Source: Pseudomonadota bacterium
GTDB taxonomy: Bacteria; Myxococcota; JACRCW01; JAFGSX01
Assembly (NCBI GenBank): GCA_043821645.1
Contig: JBDRCO010000052.1
Span: 97,442 to 161,441, forward strand
DNA: 64,000 nt
Direction: 5' to 3'
Below the pieces are notes generated by a model. It was not told the origin of the DNA and made no database searches. It saw nothing but the letters and a program-made list of their open reading frames with translations. Both the position numbers and the translations under genes were made by a program. Shown one piece after another: positions 59,259-64,000 of the stretch (position 1 is the stretch's first letter; every line of letters begins with the position of its first letter).

Positions 59259-60617
59259 TTACGCCTCCTGCCTGGGGCCCAGGTAGCGGCCGAGTGCACG
59301 ATACAGGGCCACCTCGCTCCAGGTGCTCTCGTCCAGTATTCTCCAGCAGTCGATGACGGCGATGCGGGTATCCCTTTTTCCAAGCACGCCTGGATCGAGA
59401 TTGCGGTAGACGCTCCACGCCGTGGCAACGACCAGCACATCGCAATCACGCGCAGCATCCTCGACACTCGTACAGTAGCGAACGCGTTCGCCAAGGAGGA
59501 CACGGGCACTGCGCAGCGCCTGGGGATCGTGCACGCTGACCTCGTAGCCCTGCCGCACGAGCCTGTCCGCCAGCCCGACCGCGTGTGACTCCTCCGTCAC
59601 ATCGGTGTCAGGTTTGTAGGACAGGCCCGCGATCGCGACGCGTCCTCCGCGCGGTGCATAGGTGGTGACGATCTCGTATAGAGCGTCGAGCTGTGAGCTG
59701 TTGACGGCGTCCACTGCCCCCGCGAGCGGTGCAACGGCCTGGTTTCCCTGTGCCACATGCATGAAGGCTCGGTTGTCCCGGGGAAAACAGGGACCGCCAA
59801 AACCGATCGCCCCGCGCAGATACCTGCGGCCGATCCGGGAATCGAGGCCGAGGGCATTGGTGATGACGTCGGAGTCAGCACCGGGGATGTGCTCGCACAG
59901 CCGGGCGAGTTGATTGGCAAAGGTGATCTTGGTCGTGACGTAAGCATTCAGCGAGATCTTGGTGAGTTCTGCATTGACGAGGCTCATCCGGTTGACGGGG
60001 GGATCGTTCTCGCAGGCGCGTTTGTAGAAGTCCTCGAGCACCCGCCCGGCCCTCTCGTCCTGCTCTCCGATGAGCACGAAATCGGGATTCAAGAAGTTAT
60101 GGATCACGCTGCCAAGAGCGATGAATTCCGGGCTGTAGCACAGACCGAAGTCGTGACCACATCGCTTGCCACTGGCTTTTTCGAGAACCTGCAGGATAGT
60201 GCCTCCCGTCGCTCCGGGCAACACGGTGCTGGTGATGACGACGACAAAGTAGCGGTCCATGCGAGCCAGACTTTTTCCGATCTCCTCGCACGCAGGCAAC
60301 ATGTAGCGAAGAGAAAACGATCCATCCGCCTCGCTGGGCGTCGGAACGATGATGAATGCTGCGTCGCTTCGCTCCAGCGCCTCCGCGTAGTTCCGAGTCA
60401 CGTGCAGGCGGTCGCGACCACGATCCAGCATGTCCTGCAGACCTGGTTCGAAGACAGGTGCACAACCCCTGGTGAGGCTCTCGATGGTGGATTCCACGAC
60501 ATCCACACCCGTCACCTCGAAACCCTTGCACGCAAGCGCTGCCGCGAAGGGAGATCCGAGTTTTCCCAGACCCACGATGCAGGGCTTCTCGATACGTCTC
60601 TCGGTCGTCATGCTCAT
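59259..60617 (-). CDS. UDP-glucose/GDP-mannose 6-dehydrogenase family protein
   Basis: GLGKLG, VPTPS, STV.PG, YSPEF, AEL.K...NAY, GGPCFPRD (catalytic Cys), YKP.T. Confidence 0.93.
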   Translation of the reverse strand: MSMTTERRIEKPCIVGLGKLGSPFAAALACKGFEVTGVDVVESTIESLTRGCAPVFEPGLQDMLDRGRDRLHVTRNYAEALERSDAAFIIVPTPSEADGSFSLRYMLPACEEIGKSLARMDRYFVVVITSTVLPGATGGTILQVLEKASGKRCGHDFGLCYSPEFIALGSVIHNFLNPDFVLIGEQDERAGRVLEDFYKRACENDPPVNRMSLVNAELTKISLNAYVTTKITFANQLARLCEHIPGADSDVITNALGLDSRIGRRYLRGAIGFGGPCFPRDNRAFMHVAQGNQAVAPLAGAVDAVNSSQLDALYEIVTTYAPRGGRVAIAGLSYKPDTDVTEESHAVGLADRLVRQGYEVSVHDPQALRSARVLLGERVRYCTSVEDAARDCDVLVVATAWSVYRNLDPGVLGKRDTRIAVIDCWRILDESTWSEVALYRALGRYLGPRQEA

Positions 60618-60702
60618 GGCGATTCCTCAAAAAGAAGGGTGCGAAATATACCGGACACCCCTCGCTGCGACAACCAGGCTGGAATGGCCTGCGCGGGCCT
60701 TC

Positions 60703-61497
60703 TCAGCGCGTGGCGAGCTTGCACTGGATGAGGGTGTGCCACCCCAAGGAGGCCTCGAGTGCCTCGAACATGCCCTTGGGCATGGCGCGGAACCACGGCT
60801 GCAAGACGTACTCGTGCTGCAGATAGTTCTCGATGACATAAGGGAAGATGTGTGCCTGCCTGAGATCAACGATGTCAAAATCCCCGAGGAGTTCACTGAT
60901 CTCGGCATGCGAGTAGGTCTGTGCAATGGGGCAGCCACTTTGAGCCTCAGGTTGATCGAAACCCGCATCTATCATGATGCGCTTCCAGGAGTCCCGCGCA
61001 TACAGCATCAGTCGAAACTCCGACTCGTGCGTCATGTGGTTCTTCACGTGCGCGATTACGCGTGCCGGATCCGGCGTGTGATGGATGACACCAAAAGAAT
61101 AGACCAGATCAAAGGTCTGTCCCTCGAGGATCTTATCGAGTTCTTCGGCGTTGCCCTCGAGCAAGTGGCCCGAGAGCCCGAAGCACGCAAAACGCTGGCG
61201 CGCGATCTCGAGAGTCCGGGTAGAAAGCTCCACACCTGTGTAGTCGGCTCCCGCGCGCGCGAAATTGATGGCGTCGGTGCCAATACCGCAACCGACCTCC
61301 AGCACCCTGCGCCCCCGCCACCGCTCAAAATCGGCAAAACCCGGAATGTGGGGCTCAACCCTGTACTTCCGCTGTTCGACCTGGTCGAAATACTCCCGTG
61401 TTCCGATGGGGGCCCTGGAGTGCTTGATGTTGCAGGGGCGTCTGTCCCAGAACTCACGCACGACGGCAATATCGACGGTTTCCGGACCCAAGCCCAC
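60703..61497 (-). CDS. Class I SAM-dependent methyltransferase
   Basis: VLEVGCGIGTD, GNAE.L, FDLVYSFGVIHH. Confidence 0.9.
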   Translation of the reverse strand: MGLGPETVDIAVVREFWDRRPCNIKHSRAPIGTREYFDQVEQRKYRVEPHIPGFADFERWRGRRVLEVGCGIGTDAINFARAGADYTGVELSTRTLEIARQRFACFGLSGHLLEGNAEELDKILEGQTFDLVYSFGVIHHTPDPARVIAHVKNHMTHESEFRLMLYARDSWKRIMIDAGFDQPEAQSGCPIAQTYSHAEISELLGDFDIVDLRQAHIFPYVIENYLQHEYVLQPWFRAMPKGMFEALEASLGWHTLIQCKLATR

Positions 61498-61503
61498 CTC
61501 CGT

Positions 61504-62445
61504 TCAGCCCCGGTGACCTCGCCCCGGAGCCTTGCCCTGACCCCCTGCCGCAGGAGCGATCCAGCGGACAATCCTGTCCACGCCAGCGATGCCGAGGTGG
61601 AGCGGCCTCCGCACGGGTCTGAGCCAGCTATGTAGCAGTGGAGCAACCTGCAGTCGACGCTGAATTCGGGGCCAGTCGAGAACGGGTACGAGGTCCCCGA
61701 GAGGGGTCAAGCGCCAGGTGGCGTCGTTGATATCCATCAGGCGCTCTGGGGCGCCCGCCAGTTGCTTGTTGAGCTGTGCCTCCGCTCCGGTCCAGGCGGA
61801 GCCGGAACTCGCCGGGACATGACCGTAGTCGTGGTTCTGGTGGATCACCCGAGTGGCCTCGGTGGCGTCGACGATGGCAGCTCCCCGAGCTCGCGCACCG
61901 TACACGAGCCAGTTGTCCCAGGCCGTTCTACCCAGAGCGAATGGAGGAATCGTGTTCCATAGACCTTTGCGGAACGTAAAATAGTCGATGCCGGAACGGG
62001 CGTGGATCTTGCCGTGTTCCGCGGCCCTGGCCAGGATCTGACCCGCACACGCGGCATCCCCCACGTCGAGCCTCTCGGTGACGTCAAGATCGGTGCGCTG
62101 TCCGATCATCAAGAACCTGCGAAGACGGGACGCATGCTTCACGGCGGCCAGGAAATCGCCGAGCAAGATGATGTCTGCGTTGACATAAACCAGGATTTCG
62201 AAACGGGCGTGCCTCGCCGCAAGCTCAAAGATGCTGCTCACCAGCGGGGTACCATGCGCGTTGCATGTGACCTGGGGCAGATGACGAAATCCATGTGCCC
62301 TGGCGGCCTCGGCCACGCCGGTGTCGTCACCGAGCAACAACACCTCGACATCCTCACCTAGACCCCGCCAGCTCCGCAGAGCGTTGTCCTGGAGCTGCGC
62401 GATGGGGCCCGTAAAGGGCTTGGGGACAGCGAAGATGGTCAGCAC
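61504..62445 (-). CDS. Putative GT-A fold glycosyltransferase-like protein
   Basis: TIF..PKPF, G.PL.SS.F, YVNADII (DxD-like), G.R.D, DYF.F, GR.AWDNW; located within the glycan cluster. Confidence 0.65.
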   Translation of the reverse strand: MLTIFAVPKPFTGPIAQLQDNALRSWRGLGEDVEVLLLGDDTGVAEAARAHGFRHLPQVTCNAHGTPLVSSIFELAARHARFEILVYVNADIILLGDFLAAVKHASRLRRFLMIGQRTDLDVTERLDVGDAACAGQILARAAEHGKIHARSGIDYFTFRKGLWNTIPPFALGRTAWDNWLVYGARARGAAIVDATEATRVIHQNHDYGHVPASSGSAWTGAEAQLNKQLAGAPERLMDINDATWRLTPLGDLVPVLDWPRIQRRLQVAPLLHSWLRPVRRPLHLGIAGVDRIVRWIAPAAGGQGKAPGRGHRG

Positions 62446-64000
62446 GGTCGGCCCTTGCTCAGGACGAAGCAGCCGAGCGCGTACACGTTCTGAGAAGGTA
62501 GGTTCGAGGCACAGCTGGCCTCAAAGCCTTCGGCCATCGAGCGCTCGCAGCCAGTCCATCGGTTCTGGTCATCCTTGATGAAGAAGTCTTGTTTTTCGAC
62601 CGAGAAACCCGCGAGCAAGGCCGGAAGTCTGCCCGCACCGTACACCCGGCCGTTGGGCCGAAAGACAGCGTCGCGACCCACGGGAACGGTCATGACCACA
62701 CGACCGCCCGTGCGCAGCAGATCCCCGATGCGTTGCATGGCGATCAGATCGCCATCGGCGTCTTCATCCTGGATGCCGTAACGCCCGGCCACACCGACAT
62801 GTTCGACGGTCGAGCAGCTGATGACCAGGTCGTAAGACGCCAGAGCCAGGGGCAACTTGAGCAGATCACCGCGGAGTTCGCGCAGGTGAGTGTGAAGGTA
62901 TGAGCGTGGCGCGAGGTTGGGGTCGACCAGATCCACCACGAAGCCACGTAGGGCAGCAGCGAGGCCGAGGGGACTCGATCCCGCTCCGAAGTCGAGTGCG
63001 CGACCAGGACCGGGTGGGAGGTTCGCGGCGATCCACATCCACTCGATGTCGCGGTCTCCAGCAAGGTTGGGAACGCGCGGGCGTGTATCCAGGTGGCCCA
63101 CCGGGGAGTAACGGCGAAACAGGCGCGCGACCCTGCGACCTTTGGAAAGGCCGCCGGCAAGTGCGGACATGACCGGGTGTCTGGCAGGAGCCTGCTTGCC
63201 CAGGCCTGCAAGCACGGCGAGAGCCTCGACGGCGCGCGACGGGTCGTGGAGCAATGCGTGCGCCGCATGTTCAACGGTCTGCCTCGCCAGGTCGCCGGAG
63301 GACGCATAGTGAGCAGCGCGCAAGCGGGCGCTGGAGAGTGCTTGTTCTTTTTGGTCCAGGATCCGGGGTGAGGTGTCAGGGTTTTGCAGGATCTTCTCGG
63401 TCACGCGGACGCAGTCCGCGGCGATCTTCTCTACGTCGGACGAGTGACCCGCGATCCGGCGCGCAAAGGCGAGGACCCCCGGCAGGTAGTGGATGCCGCC
63501 ACGGGCACCGATGCGCAGCCACAAATCGTGATCCACCTTGAGCAACGTGGGATCGAGATCCCCCACGCGATCGATGGCCCGGCGGCGCACGAAGGCGGCT
63601 GGTTGGGGTATGCAGTGGTCGCACTCGAGGACAGCGCACTCGAAGTCCCATTTCCTCAGGTAGGCCATCCCGGTCAGGCGACCATCGGCATCGATCGTAC
63701 CGCAGTCACCGTAGACCACATCCGCGTCGTCATGCTCTTGCAGGTATGCCACGGCACGGCGCGCGGCATCCGGGACAATCCAGGTGTCGTCGGCATTGAG
63801 CCAGGCCAGGATGTCTCCTCTCGCCATGCGCCAGCCCTTGTTGATGGCGTCGCCGAAACCCTGGTCCGGTTCACTGATCCAGCGCAGCCGGTCGCCGTAA
63901 CTGTCCAGGATGGCGAGTGTCCCGTCGGTCGAACCGCCATCGACAACGATGCACTCAACGTTCGCATCCTCCTGGCCGAGGATGCTATCGAGCGTGGGGC
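62439..64000 (-). CDS. GT2 glycosyltransferase fused to a DUF268-like methyltransferase domain, 5' partial
   Basis: Frame open to the window edge (TLDSILGQ..VVDGGSTDGT..EPDQG..DAINKG..WLNADD); C-terminal LDFGAG, STVEHVG..GRYG, DGD..AM, VPVG.D......RVYG. Confidence 0.88.
   Translation of the reverse strand, partial: PTLDSILGQEDANVECIVVDGGSTDGTLAILDSYGDRLRWISEPDQGFGDAINKGWRMARGDILAWLNADDTWIVPDAARRAVAYLQEHDDADVVYGDCGTIDADGRLTGMAYLRKWDFECAVLECDHCIPQPAAFVRRRAIDRVGDLDPTLLKVDHDLWLRIGARGGIHYLPGVLAFARRIAGHSSDVEKIAADCVRVTEKILQNPDTSPRILDQKEQALSSARLRAAHYASSGDLARQTVEHAAHALLHDPSRAVEALAVLAGLGKQAPARHPVMSALAGGLSKGRRVARLFRRYSPVGHLDTRPRVPNLAGDRDIEWMWIAANLPPGPGRALDFGAGSSPLGLAAALRGFVVDLVDPNLAPRSYLHTHLRELRGDLLKLPLALASYDLVISCSTVEHVGVAGRYGIQDEDADGDLIAMQRIGDLLRTGGRVVMTVPVGRDAVFRPNGRVYGAGRLPALLAGFSVEKQDFFIKDDQNRWTGCERSMAEGFEASCASNLPSQNVYALGCFVLSKGRPC

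Overview
A GC-rich bacterial chromosomal segment with Myxococcota (myxobacterium-like) hallmarks: a MYXO-CTERM-type C-terminus, Cys-rich lipoproteins, an Oar-like TonB-dependent receptor locus and ribF-pilBTC-pilSR synteny. About 47 CDSs are supportable. No rRNA, tRNA, CRISPR array or transposase was seen. In order: (1) a minus-strand three-gene membrane-protein operon behind a sigma54-like box; (2) ruvB, a NYN nuclease, a Cys-rich lipoprotein, an MBL hydrolase, aminopeptidase P and an acyl-CoA synthetase; (3) a two-gene module with the architecture of the anaerobic ether-lipid/plasmalogen synthase PlsR/PlsA, plus TetR and a candidate operator; (4) a 1925-aa thrombospondin type 3 repeat lipoprotein heading an Oar-like TBDT-TonB-ExbB-ExbD-ExbD locus; (5) a radical SAM/SPASM enzyme with an MftB/RRE-like N-terminus, translationally coupled to a 307-aa protein ending in -SSGC; (6) an S8 protease/FG-GAP/MYXO-CTERM operon; (7) a type IV pilus core locus with no pilA after pilR; (8) a mosaic surface-glycan cluster with UDP-sulfoquinovose synthase, a GDP-mannose 3,5-epimerase-like enzyme, an AsnB amidotransferase and methyltransferases. 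The best candidates for undescribed biology are the radical SAM/large-partner pair, the PlsA/PlsR-like operon, the TSP3-Oar locus and the putative sulfoquinovose-containing glycan. All calls come from motifs recognised by eye; no searches were run.
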